Assembly (NCBI RefSeq): GCF_009914755.1
Contig: NC_060925.1
DNA length: 64,000 nt
Reading direction: 5' to 3' (one strand)
Origin: the human T2T-CHM13v2.0 reference genome, Homo sapiens
Under the pieces are notes generated by a model, which saw only the letters and a list, made by a program, of their open reading frames with translations, was not told where the DNA came from and did not search any database. Shown here piece by piece: positions 1 to 16,160 of this stretch. How positions within the stretch are numbered: position 1 is the stretch's first letter; every line of letters starts with the position of its first letter. The position numbers were made by a program, and so were the translations under genes.

Positions 1-59
1 TACAGATGCTAACATATATCAGTGAGCATTCTAGAACATAAAGACTATTTTAAAATTAC

Positions 60-137
60 CAGTTCTTCTGTTTTATCAAAGAAGAAAGCATTCCATCCAT
101 CAACCATTCTCTGTGGAATCTGTTTTCCATCAAAGAT
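60..137 (-). CDS. TUT4: TUT4 coding exon R (78 nt, phase 0/0)
   Basis: atgcag|ATC...CTG|gtaatt; IFDGKQIPQRMVDGWNAFFFDKTEEL. Confidence 0.95.
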
Positions 138-637
138 CTGCATAAAAAAATTAATTGTATTATTAGATTTCAAGTGATCCAACCCAAAGGTCCAAATACT
201 CTAATACCATTTTAGAATTTACCTATAAGACATACTAAAATACTTCTTCCAAAAAGAACATGTCAGGATGATGGTATAATTTGATGCCAAGAAGTTAATG
301 AATAAAACGTATCTGAAAGACCAAAGCTGGAAAAGGATGTCTTTTAAGAGCATTAAACTCCAAATGATACATTTGATGTTATCTACTTGACCTATCAAAA
401 CATATCCAGTCCAAGAATAATGAAGCAAAACTTAAAAAAGAAACAGCAGTCATGATGAAACAGCAGTTTCATCAAAGGATCACAGATATAAAAATACAAA
501 ATAGATAATACCCACTGATTGTGCACCCAAAGGAAGGCAACAGAACTGTTTTGGGACCTAGTACCTTTAATCATTTATCTATATCAGATAAGGCTAAAAA
601 GCAATTGGACTATCATTTTGTAAAAATGGAAAATTAG

Positions 638-965
<328 letters not shown>

Positions 966-1753
966 TTAGGAAGCTTTCCCTTACATTTTGATAAAGACTA
1001 TAAACTTTATTATGAATAATAATCCGCTGTCCTAAGGAGAAGAAAAAAGGAGAAAAAAACGCTATTTTTACAAGAAAAGTATCCCGTAAGATGTCTGTGT
1101 AACTGACTTCCACAAGTAATTGATACTTTTATTCTAAAGGAGGCTTAAGAGATGCAATAAAGTAGGAAGGTGCAACAGATTCAGTCAGGAGACCTAATTT
1201 CTAGCCTCTATCCTGAGGAATAGTGGTTCTGGGCAAGACAATCATCTCCCTAAGTGCTCACTTTTCCCAGTGAAAATGAGGAAAGACTATATAAATTAGT
1301 CAGTCAGTAGTTTATAAATGGAGAAAACATACCACACCACCTTCTCTTTACCCTCTACCGTGACTAATGGGTCCCAGAATACAGTTAAACCACAATACCA
1401 TTTAAATCCACTAGTTAAGGTGGGCCTGGGCCCAATGGCCATTTCCATTTTTGATGTGACAGTGATTTATAAAATTAACTACATGTCTGGCCCCTCCAAT
1501 TTTATCCTCAGATTTAAGTTCTTTGTGGGTAAGGACTATGGCTTATCTCTGAAACCCAGAACCCTACTAGACCAAAGCCACATAGAGAACACTTAATATA
1601 TGTTTGTTGAATGACTATATTTAATATGTAAGTATGTTACACAGAAATCAAGCTTCCAGGGACTAGGGCTAATAAGTTGCTTTTTAACATTTACATATTA
1701 CTTAAACAGATACAGTTTACTAAAAGTCATCTAGCACATATTCCGACATTTCA

Positions 1754-2083
<330 letters not shown>

Positions 2084-2536
2084 GAGGCAATTGCAGCTAT
2101 TAATATCTGAAACAAAAGACATAGGATTTCTGACCTCAAGAAAGAAGTGAAGATATTAAGGGGCTGACATGTAATATTTTATCCTTAAAGATTCAGACGC
2201 TATTATAGGTATTTCATGTTTTGTAAACACAGATTTATTTGCTAGATATTGAAATAAACTACCTCTTTAGAACCCTGTTTTGAGATAATTCATACTTCTG
2301 AGTAACAACAATCCAACTCTTTAGATCATGATTGTTTTTAAGAGATTTCATACTTCTCAGTAATATCCATGATCCAGCCCAACTACGTTGGCTGATAACA
2401 CAGTGGAGTAGGTCTGTGGGCCTTGTAACGTTAATCATCACTCATTTTGCCTATTCTTTTGAATTCTCATGTTTCACTGTGTTTAATTCTCTCCACTCTG
2501 TTTCAGCCCCCAGAAGCACTAATGCTATACACTTTT

Positions 2537-2577
2537 ACACACACACACACACAGACACACACACACACACTCTCTCT
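2537..2577. repeat. (CA)n/(CT)n microsatellite
   Basis: Interrupted AC run followed by a TC run. Confidence 0.9.
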
Positions 2578-2751
2578 CCCTGCTGTCTCTCTGTTCTCTC
2601 TCATTCAACACGAATCATCTTCAACTTAGCACTCAGTCCTCCCTCTAAACAAGTCAATCATATTATAAGGATCACCAAATAAGTCAATCATATTTATGTA
2701 AAGAATGACCCTAAACATTTCCAAAATTCTTATCTTATTGTGATATTCTAA

Positions 2752-3069
<318 letters not shown>

Positions 3070-3074
3070 TAACT

Positions 3075-3405
3075 TGTAATTTTTTAGTTGTGGTAAGATA
3101 CACAAAATATAAAATTTACCATCATAAGCATACAGTCCTGCGGCCTAAGTATAGTCATACTGTCACGCTACCATCACCACCATCCATTCACAAAAATCTT
3201 ATCATCTGGTAAAACTAAAACTCTGTATTTATGAAACTATTACTTCCCATTTCTCCCTCCTTGAGATTCCCTGGCAACCACCACTCTACTTTCTGTCCCT
3301 ATGAATTTGACTACTCTAGGTACTTCATATAAGTAGAATCAAATAGTATTTGTCTTTCTGTGACTGGATTACTTCACTTAGCATAATGTCCTCAAGATTC
3401 ATTCA
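3075..3405 (-). mobile_element. L1M (L1MB-like) 3' end fragment
   Basis: Antisense L1 3'UTR motifs (ggcaaccaccactctactttctgtc, cacttagcataatgtcctcaagattcat). Confidence 0.8.
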
Positions 3406-4453
3406 TTAAGTTGCAAATTTTAAGCTGATATGGGTTAAAAAAATTTTTCATAAAATCATGTGTGAACACTCCCAAATCTTTTTTGGAATTAATTTTTATG
3501 TGAAAATTTGCTTTTACTTATTATGATTTGCTAGGGTAGAGCAAAAATCTTCTGCCTAGGACAGCTCTTTTTGACGTAAAGAACTTAGTACTGCTGACCA
3601 TCAAAAAAATGCTCTTAGCTGTGCCTTAGTAATACCCAGCCATATAAAGTTAAAGCTTAATTACAAATGGAGGCAGACATCATTAGCTTCTTTAAACATA
3701 TCCTTACCCTTAAAAGATAATTGATGCCAATGGTCAATACTTAAATGATGCCAGAGCAATGGACAATGAGGTCCCATATGACAACCATTAAAAAAGGCCA
3801 GAAACAAAATTCCATGTATCATCAGTCTATATATATCACAAAGTCCCCCGAAATCAAACCTCATTATGATAGGAAACATTCCATGAACTGTCTCTTGTTT
3901 GATCAATATTAAGCAGATGTCTGTTAAACAGATAATGAAAGAGTTTTTAAAGTTGAATATGGTAGTCCTACCTACATTTTTCCAATAATAATAGCAATAA
4001 TGCTGCTAATGAGCATAAATCATAATAGTAAAAATAATAATAAAAGCAAGCACTGTTTATGAATGTCTACTTTAGCACCTACTACATTCAAAAGCATTAA
4101 ATGTTTCTGTTCCTCATATCAACACTGAAATATTATCATTATTACATTTTTAATGATGATGAAACTCAGACTTATGCAGATTGTTAAGGCCAAAATGTTA
4201 GAATTAGGATTCTGACTAGTTATTTCTGGCTCTAAATACCATGCCTTGGTATTTCTATTACTTCATGCTACCTCAGTGACTCCTAATCCATGGGTAAGGA
4301 GAGAATACAGACAAACCACCAAGAAAATCAAATTTGTGGTCCATTTTTGTTAATCATAGTATTCCGGCAAAGTGGCAAATGATATTACTGGAGAATTAGT
4401 ACATATGATCCCTATTTAAAGCCTAAACAACGATTATAATAATACAGAGAGTA

Positions 4454-4800
<347 letters not shown>

Positions 4801-5013
4801 TTAATTTATGGTAAATTTTAAATATCATCCAGTGAACAAATTTGTTAAAAAACAAATCACTCCTAGCCAGGCTAATTAAGAAGAGAAGGTATATAAATTA
4901 CTAACAACAGAAATGAAAGAGGGGATATCAATACATATCTCATGGACATTAAAAGAATAATAACACTATGAACTACAATTTTGATAACCTAGATGAAATG
5001 AACTAATTCCTTA

Positions 5014-5462
<449 letters not shown>

Positions 5463-5763
5463 CTACCAAACATTTAAGGAAGAAATTAAACCAATTCTCG
5501 AAGAATGAGTTAGGAAGTGTTCCTTCTGCCTCATCTTTCGAAGACAGAAGCAGAAGGAACACTTCCTAACTCATTCTACAAGGCCAGCATTACCCTAATA
5601 CCAAAACCAGACAAAGACATTGTAAGTAAAGAAAACTACAGACCAATCTCTCATGAACAATGATGCAAAATTCCTCAACAAAATATTAGCAAATCAAATC
5701 CAATAATGTACAAAAGAGAGTTATACAAAGCAGGTTCAACATCTCAAACTCAACTGATGTAAT

Positions 5764-6907
5764 TGTGATGTTATAATTGGCCTCCAAACCCATTTCCTGA
5801 CATACAACTCGTAACATCCTTGGAATCTCCAAAGAGAAGTCTTTTTGTATGCAAGCAAGTTGACTACTGGCTGACAGCCCCTAGGTATCTTTAAAATGGG
5901 GGTTGGTCACCAGAAAGACCAAGGCATGATTACAGGGTTGGGACTTTCAGCCCTATACCCCAACCTTTGGGGAGCGGAGAAGGGCTAAAGGTTAAGTTGA
6001 TCACCAATGGCGAACAGCTTGGCTTAATCAATCTTGCATATGTAATGAAGCCTCCATAAAAACCCAAAGGTCTCGGTCCAAATAGCTTCTTGATAGCTGA
6101 ACACATGGAGGTTCCTAGATGGTGGTATGCCCTGATAGGGCATGAAAACTCCTCATCCCTTCTCCCATACCTTGTTTTATGTATTTCTTCATTTATATCC
6201 TTTGTAATATCCCTTATAATAAACCAGTAAGCCTAAGTAAATGGTTGAGTTCTGTGAGCCATTCTAGCAAATTAATCAAACCCAAAGAGGTCGTCATAGG
6301 AACCCAAACTTTAAGCTGGTCAGTCAGAAGTTCTGGAGGGCCTAGACTTGCAACTGGTGTCTAAACTGGGGATAGTCTTGTGGGACTGAGCCGTCAACCA
6401 GTGGAATCTGATACTACAGATGGTGCCAGAATTGAATTGGAGGACACCATGGTGTTCAACGCAGAAGTGGTTGCTTGCTTGGTATATGGGGAAAACCCCC
6501 CCAACACATTTGGTCACAGAAGTCTTCTGTGATTATTGTTGTTGAGTAAGAGAATAGAAAAAACATTTTGGGGGCTGGGCGTGGGGGCTCAGGCCTGTAA
6601 TCCCAGCACTTTGGGAGGCTGAGGCAGGTGGATCACCTGACATAAGGAGTTCGAGACTAGCCTGCGTGGTGAAACCCCGTCTCTACTAAAAATACAAAAA
6701 AATTAGCCGGGCATGGTGGTGGGCACTTGTAATCCCACCTACTGGGGAGGCTGAGGCAGGAGAATCGCTTGAACCCAGGAGGCGGAGGCTGGAGTAAGCA
6801 GAGATTGCAACACTGCACTCCAGCATGGGTGACAAGAGCGAAACTCCGTCTCAAAAAAAAAAAAGAAATAAAAAGCATTTTGGGTTTGAGTGTGTGTTTT
6901 CTCCTTA
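5764..6907. mobile_element. Solo LTR, MER21-like, inserted in L1 and itself interrupted by an Alu (6573-6869, +)
   Basis: TG start, MER21-like motifs (ggtcaccagaaagaccaaggcatgatta...gggactttcagccc), flanked by gtaat/gtaac where the L1 resumes. Confidence 0.75.
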
Positions 6908-8468
6908 GTAACCCATCACATCAACAGGCTAAAGAAGAAAAGTCACGATCAATAGATGCAGAAAAAGCATTTGACAAAATCCAACACACATTCATGATTA
7001 AAAAAAAAAAAAACTCTATAAACTAAGAATGGAGGAAAATTTCCTCAGCTTGTTAAACAAATCTACAAAAATCCTACAGCTAACATCATACTCAAATGGT
7101 GAAAAACTCAATGCTTTCCCTTGTAAAATCAGGAATAATACAAGGATGTTCTCTTTCACCACTCCTTTTCAACATCTGGGAAGTCTTAGGTAATGCTGAC
7201 ACTGGAAGTTCTAGCTAATGCAATGAAACAAGAAAAGGAAATAAAAGGTATACAGGGTGAGAAGAAATAAAACTGTTCACATATGACATGATAATCCATG
7301 CATAAAATCCAAATTGAAACAATACTCCAAGAATAAGCAATTACAGCAAGTTTACAAGACACAAGATTAATATAAAAAATTCAAACACTTTCCCAGATAC
7401 ATGCAATGAACAAGTGGAATTTGAAATTAGAAATACAATACCATTTACATCAGCACCAAAAAATGAAATACATAGGTGTAAGTCTAACAAAATATGTGCA
7501 AGGGCTACATGAGGAAAACTACAAAACTCTGATGAGCAAAATCAAAGAACTAAATAAATGGAGAGATATTCCATTATAATTGACAGGAAGACTCAAAATT
7601 GTCAAGATGTCAGTTCTTCCCTACTTGGTCTCCAGATTCAATTCAATCCCAATCAAAATTCTAGCAAGTCATTTTGTGGATATAGACAAACTGATTCTAA
7701 AGTTTACATAGAGAGGCAAAAGACTCAGAATAGCTAACACAATATTGAAGGAGAAGAACAAAGCTGCAAGACTGATGCAACCCAACCTCAAGAGTTATTA
7801 TAACACTACTATAAATAAGAGAGTATGGCATTGGTGAAATAATAAATAAATCAATGCAACAGTGGAGGGCCCAAAAGTATATAAATATAGTACATAAATA
7901 TAGTCAACTGATCCTTGACAAAGGAGCAAAGACAATACAGTGGAGAAATAATATTCTTTTCAACAAATGGTATTGAAACAAATGAACATCCACACGCAAA
8001 ACAATGAATCTAGGCATAGACCTTATACCGTTCACAAAAATTAACTCTAAATGGCTCACAGGCCTAAATGTAAAATAAAACTCCTGGAAGAAAACACAAG
8101 AGAAAATCTGTATGACCTTGAGTATAGTGATATCTTTTTAGACACAACACCAAAGGCAAGAGCTATGAAAGAAATAATTGACAAGATGGACTTTACTAAA
8201 ATTAAAATTTTCTGCTCTGCAAAAGACAACGTCAAGGGAATGAAAAAACAAGCCACAGACATGGAGAACATAGTTGCAAAACACACATCTGATAAAGGAC
8301 TATTATTCAAAATACACAAAGAACTCCTTAAACTCAACAGTAAGAAAATAACCTGTTTAAAAAAATGGACCAAAGAACCTCACCAAAGAAGACATATGAA
8401 TGGCAAAATAAGCATATGAAAAGATTTCCGCATAATGTCATCAGGGAGATGCAAATTAAAACAACAGT

Positions 8469-8780
8469 GGCCAGGTGAGGTGGCTCACACTTGTAATCCC
8501 AGCACTCACTTTGGGAGGCCAAGGCAGGCAAATTACTTGAGCCCAGAGCTCGAGACCAACCTGGGCAACATGGAGAAACCCAATCTCTATAAAACATACA
8601 AAAACTAGCCAGACATGGTGGCTCATGTCTGTAATCCCAGCTACTTGGGAGGCTTACTTAGGAGGATCACTTGAGCTCAGGAAGTGGAGGTTGCAGTGAG
8701 TGGAGATTGTGCCACTGTAATCTAGCGTGGACAACAGAGCAAGACCCTCTCTCAAAAATAAATAAATAGATAAATAAAAC
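8469..8780 (+). mobile_element. Alu (AluJ-like)
   Basis: Diverged full dimer with J-type right arm. Confidence 0.88.
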
Positions 8781-8786
8781 AAAATA

Positions 8787-8831
8787 TTAGATTGAAGCAA
8801 AAGTAATTGCGGTTTTGCCATTAAAAGTAAT
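8787..8831. mobile_element. Half MADE1 (Hsmar1-derived MITE)
   Basis: ttagattgaagcaaaagtaattgcggttttgccattaaaagtaat resembles the Hsmar1 TIR TTAGGTTGGTGCAAAAGTAATTGCGGTTTTTGCCATT, preceded by TA. Confidence 0.85.
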
Positions 8832-9101
8832 CTCAACACTTTGAGAGGCCGAGGTGGGCTTGAGCCCAGGAGTTCGAGACCAGCCTGAGCAACATGGCAA
8901 AACCCCATCTCTACTAAATATATAAAAAATTAGCTGGGCTTGGTGGTGTGCACCCGTAGTCCCAGCTATTCAGGAGGCTGAGGTGGGAGAATCACCTTAG
9001 CCTGGGAAGTTGAGGCTGCAGGGAGCCATGATTGCACAGTCCAGCCCGGGCAGCAACAGGAGTGAGACGCTACCTTTAAAAAAAAAAAAAAAAAAAAAAA
9101 A
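8827..9101 (+). mobile_element. 5'-truncated AluJ
   Basis: Begins at gtaatctcaacactttg; A-tail at about 9078-9101. Confidence 0.88.
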
Positions 9102-9102
9102 G

Positions 9103-9185
9103 ACGGGGGAGAGGAAGGGAGGGGAGGGCAGGGGAGGGGGGGAGAGGGAAGGAGGAAGGGAGGATGGATGGACAGACAGACAGAT
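9103..9185. repeat. Purine-rich (GGGA/GGA) low-complexity tract
   Basis: Multiple G3+ runs on the + strand following the Alu tail. Confidence 0.85.
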
Positions 9186-9592
9186 GATTATACACCTAAA
9201 GGAAAGAAAGAAAGACTACTACACACCTAAAAGAATGGCCAAAATCCAGAACATGGACAAGTACTCAAATGCTGGGTGGATGTGGAGCAACAGGAACTCT
9301 CACACATTGCTGGTAGAAATGCAAACTGGTACAGCCACTTTGGAAAACAGCTGGCCATTTCTTACAAAACTAAACATACTCGTACATATGATTCAGCAAT
9401 GTGACTCCTTCGTATTCACCCAAAAGACCTGAAAACTATGTCCATACAAAAACTTGCACACAGATGTCTGTAACAGCTTTATTCTTAATAGCCAAAACTT
9501 GGAAGTAAAACAGATATTTTTCCATATGTGAATGAATAAACTGTGGTACATCCCAACAATGGAGTATTACTGAGCACTAAAAAGAAATGATA

Positions 9593-9930
<338 letters not shown>

Positions 9931-10698
9931 TCAACAAAAAAGTCTGAACATTTAAAAATTAAAAAAAAAAAAGAAAGAAAAAGAAAAAGAAATGAGCTAT
10001 CAAGCCATGAAAAGACATGGAGGAAATTTAAACACATATCACTGAGTGATGGAAGTCAATCTGAAAAGGCTACATACTATATGATTCCAACAATATGATA
10101 TTCTGGAAAAGTCAAAACTATGAAGACAACAGCACAAAGATTAGTGGTTGCCAGGGGTTGAGGGGAGGATGACTAGGCAAAGTACAAAAATTTTTAAGGC
10201 ACTGAAAACTGTATGATACTGTAATGGCATATATTGATGTATCATTGATTATGATAAAATGTGTACATCATTATATATTGTCCAAACCCTTAGAATATAC
10301 AACATCAAGAATAAATGTTAATTGCAAACTATGGACTTCGGGTGATTATATGTCAATGTAGGTTCATCAGTTGTAAAAAATGTACCACTCTGGTGGGGTT
10401 AATAATGGGGGAGGCTATGCATGTGTGGGTACAGGAGGTATGTTGGAAACTCTTTACAGTCCTCTCAATTTTGCTGTGAACTTAAAACTGCTCTGAAAAA
10501 ATACTTTAAACACACACCCAAACATACATCACCCAACACAGATTCAGCAACTTAAATCTTTGGCTAGGAAAGGATTCCCATCCATTGTTTAAAACAGGGA
10601 AGGAAACGCTGGTAAAACCATATATATTCATTAGAACTTCTTAAAACTTACTAAGGCTATCTGACACCTACTATATGGCTTATAATTTTGTGATTTTT

Positions 10699-11005
<307 letters not shown>

Positions 11006-11807
11006 TATTTTGTGATTTTCTTCTTTGCCATAACTATCAAAGATTATGTGAAACCAGAATATGTGACTTTTCCAACCAAGTCTGATGCTTGTCTCCTAAA
11101 TAAAAATAGTCACCATTCTAAAAAATTTGAATTGGATCCTCCCTAACGCCTACAAATCTACTTTGTGCCAAGAATCAGGCGGAACAGATGGATGATTAAT
11201 ATCTCCTTTGTACCAATTTCAGAGAGTATAAATTGACTACAAAAAGGAACTTTATAAGTCACCAATTCTGAGTGAATGAGTATAATCTGTTTCTTTCAAT
11301 GTACATTCTTATGTTTAATGTAATTAATATGACTTCAGAAGAGATAAGGAAGAGTTTCCCTGGGTTCATTCTAAACCAAAATTCACAAGGTTGACCAAAG
11401 TATACATAAGAATAAATCAATCTTCATTGCCAGGCAACAGGAGGGAAAATATTCTAGAAAGAAGAAACTTATGTACTTGCATCTTGGAGACTATAAAATA
11501 TATGAGTTCATGGCTGGCTACAAGAACTTCACAATCATCCACAGCACTCTAAGACTGTAAAATTTAAAAACATTACAAAAGATATTCAATGGTTCTATTC
11601 ATCTAATATTCTTTTGGTAGTCTATATTCTCCCATAATAAATTTTTCAAAAATATTCATTGTTTAATTATAGCATTAATGGAAAGAGAAAACTTAGGACA
11701 ACCATGATGGAAAAATCCTTCATGATGACATGAACCAAGCAAAATCTCCTGTGTTTAGATCTATTGTTTTCAAAAAAAACTCCTTTATAGTTTTCTTAAA
11801 CACCTAC

Positions 11808-11921
11808 CTCTTGTAGAACTGGGATAACAGGTGGCTTTCTCTGCTGCAGAAAGTACAGCACCATAAGGATATATGCATATGAAGATAAACTTCCCCTGGA
11901 AGCATCCCCAATGTCACATCG
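11808..11921 (-). CDS. TUT4: TUT4 coding exon Q (114 nt, phase 0/0)
   Basis: ttttag|CGA...GAG|gtaggt; RCDIGDASRGSLSSYAYILMVLYFLQQRKPPVIPVLQE. Confidence 0.97.
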
Positions 11922-12169
11922 CTAAAAAACAACATGATTGAAAACAAAACTTCAGAGTCTTACTCCATGCAGAAGTATATTAAACATTCTGCCACATCAT
12001 TTTTTTTAACCCACAGAACTGGGTTAAACTGAGTTAAAAACAAACTGCACCGTCTATAATCCCAACACTCTGGGAGGTTGAGGTGAAAGAAAAGCTTCAG
12101 CCCAGGAAGTCAAGACCAGCCTGGGTAATGCAGTGAGACCCCATCTTACAAACAAACAAACAAACAAAA

Positions 12170-13385
<1,216 letters not shown>

Positions 13386-13670
13386 AAATATAGGGGAGGG
13401 GGGAGAGGAGAGGGAGGAGGAATGAAACCTGAAAGAATCTTCAGAGACTTCTTCCCTTGAGCAAGGATTTAGCTTATATCTATATTTAAAGGGAAAAGGG
13501 GTGATTTAATTAACAGAATTCTATGTAGTTATAACAAAACTGTCATGTTAGAGTTACCTTGTTAGGTGAATCTAGAAAAGTAGGCATATCAAGTCTTGTA
13601 TGTAGTATGTGCCTCTATGCTTTTCTAAGATACACTCTTGTCTAGAAAGACATGTACAGGAATATCTTTA

Positions 13671-14058
<388 letters not shown>

Positions 14059-14605
14059 CTAACACATTAATAAAATTAATCATTCCACTGAGCAGCTACC
14101 ACAAAGCAGGCACTACAATGAACTAGAGAAACAGAGGTTCCTGTTCTCACCTAGTTTACACAATTAGCAAAAGAATGAGAAAACTAAATTCAATGTCATA
14201 ACAAGTGTTATAATAGGAGAAGCGTAAGGTATTATTGGTATTGTTTTGTTTTCTGGGTCAGAAAAACTTATCACTAAACTCAAATATAAGATTTCTTAAC
14301 TCAGAAATTCTTAACTAGGATGATATGCCAACTCCCATGCCTGGGGCTAAAATCACTGCATTGAGAAATGTTACTGCTGAGAAACTGACTAGTCAGTTGC
14401 ACATGGGAATAGAATACATACAGGAAAAAAAGACAGAGCCACCCTACTCTGATAGGTATCTATTCAAGCTATATAATACTGAAAGTTTCTTTTTTAAAAG
14501 CTCAGATAAACAAAACTGAGACAAAATTTTTCACAAATCTGACATTAGTTATGTTTCATTTTAATTATCATGAACAAAGCAGATCATTAATTTTTTCATA
14601 AATAC

Positions 14606-14695
14606 CTTAGCAAACACTTTCATAGTATATCCCAAATACTGCACTCTAGGATCAATAGCTGCATAAGTAGCTAGCATTCTTGTGTTATGTTGAGC
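14606..14695 (-). CDS. TUT4: TUT4 coding exon P (90 nt, phase 0/0)
   Basis: tttcag|GCT...AAG|gtattt; AQHNTRMLATYAAIDPRVQYLGYTMKVFAK. Confidence 0.96.
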
Positions 14696-14984
14696 CTGAA
14701 AAATAATTACATATTTGAAAGGATTTCAAATTTCGTAAAATTAAACTACAAATCAGATTTAAAAGTAAAATACACTCCAAATACAAAATATATAAATGTA
14801 AAATGTAAAACACCTATTAATGAGTCAAACAAAAACTGACCTTCAATCTGAAGGAACTATCAAGATAACTAGTAAAATACTTTTTCCTTATACTGTTCAC
14901 ATTTGAAAGTTTTAAACATAGAGTCAGTAATCTGTAAACTTTTAAAATGAAAAGTATATACATGGCCTATAAAGATAAACTTAC

Positions 14985-15088
14985 CAACGTATTATATAAA
15001 CTGATATCGCCTTCTAACCCACTTCGCCTGTGTTCAAATTTTACTATAGGCACTTTGGCAGTAGTTATAGGCAAAATGTTTCTTAAAC
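14985..15088 (-). CDS. TUT4: TUT4 coding exon O (104 nt, phase 1/0): third catalytic Asp (EGDIS)
   Basis: attag|GT...TTG|gtaagt; (G)LRNILPITTAKVPIVKFEHRRSGLEGDISLYNTL; preceded by a 95-nt intron. Confidence 0.97.
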
Positions 15089-15183
15089 CTAATTTAAAAA
15101 AAAAAGACTTCAGTAGGTTAAATAATTTTCATATATGCTAAAAAAATTTATTTTGTTTTACAGATAAGATTCAAAATTCATAC

Positions 15184-15241
15184 CTGGATGTCTCTTAAGA
15201 ATTTTTGCCAAATTTTCAATTATTTCCTTACAATTTAATTT
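15184..15241 (-). CDS. TUT4: TUT4 coding exon N (58 nt, phase 0/1)
   Basis: ttttag|AAA...CCAG|gtatga; KLNCKEIIENLAKILKRHP. Confidence 0.95.
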
Positions 15242-15379
15242 CTAAAAAACAAATCAAATAAATAAGTTTGACTCAATTTCACCTTGTGCAAATTCTACTT
15301 TAATCTAAGCATTTAATAGTAGCATTTACAATTTCCAGCCATAAAGCTCTATAATAACCTTGCTACTCCAAGTAAGTGA

Positions 15380-15521
15380 TTCATAGACCTACAGTATCAG
15401 CATAATCTGGAAACTTGATAGAAATGCAGAATCTGAGGACCCTCCCCAGTCTACTAAATCATAATCTGCATTTTAACAGGATCCCAAGGTAATTCACATG
15501 CAGATTAAAGTTTGAGAAGCA
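15380..15521. mobile_element. MER5A-like hAT DNA transposon
   Basis: agaaatgcagaatct...aatctgcattttaacaggatccc...aaagtttgagaagcac. Confidence 0.8.
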
Positions 15522-15579
15522 CAAAGACAGGAGAAGAATATGGTTTTCAATAAGTGAATAAACAACTAGAGGTGAGTTT

Positions 15580-16160
<581 letters not shown>

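Noticed and set aside
440-474. C-box-like ATGATGA with a 9-bp hairpin and an 11-bp direct repeat
   Set aside because: Antisense to the host gene, and no matching D box with terminal stem was identified; insufficient for a snoRNA call.
8051-8419. ORF resembling a reverse transcriptase protein C-terminus (also 55037..55291)
   Set aside because: Decayed L1 ORF2 remnants with stops and frameshifts in flanking sequence; not an active element.
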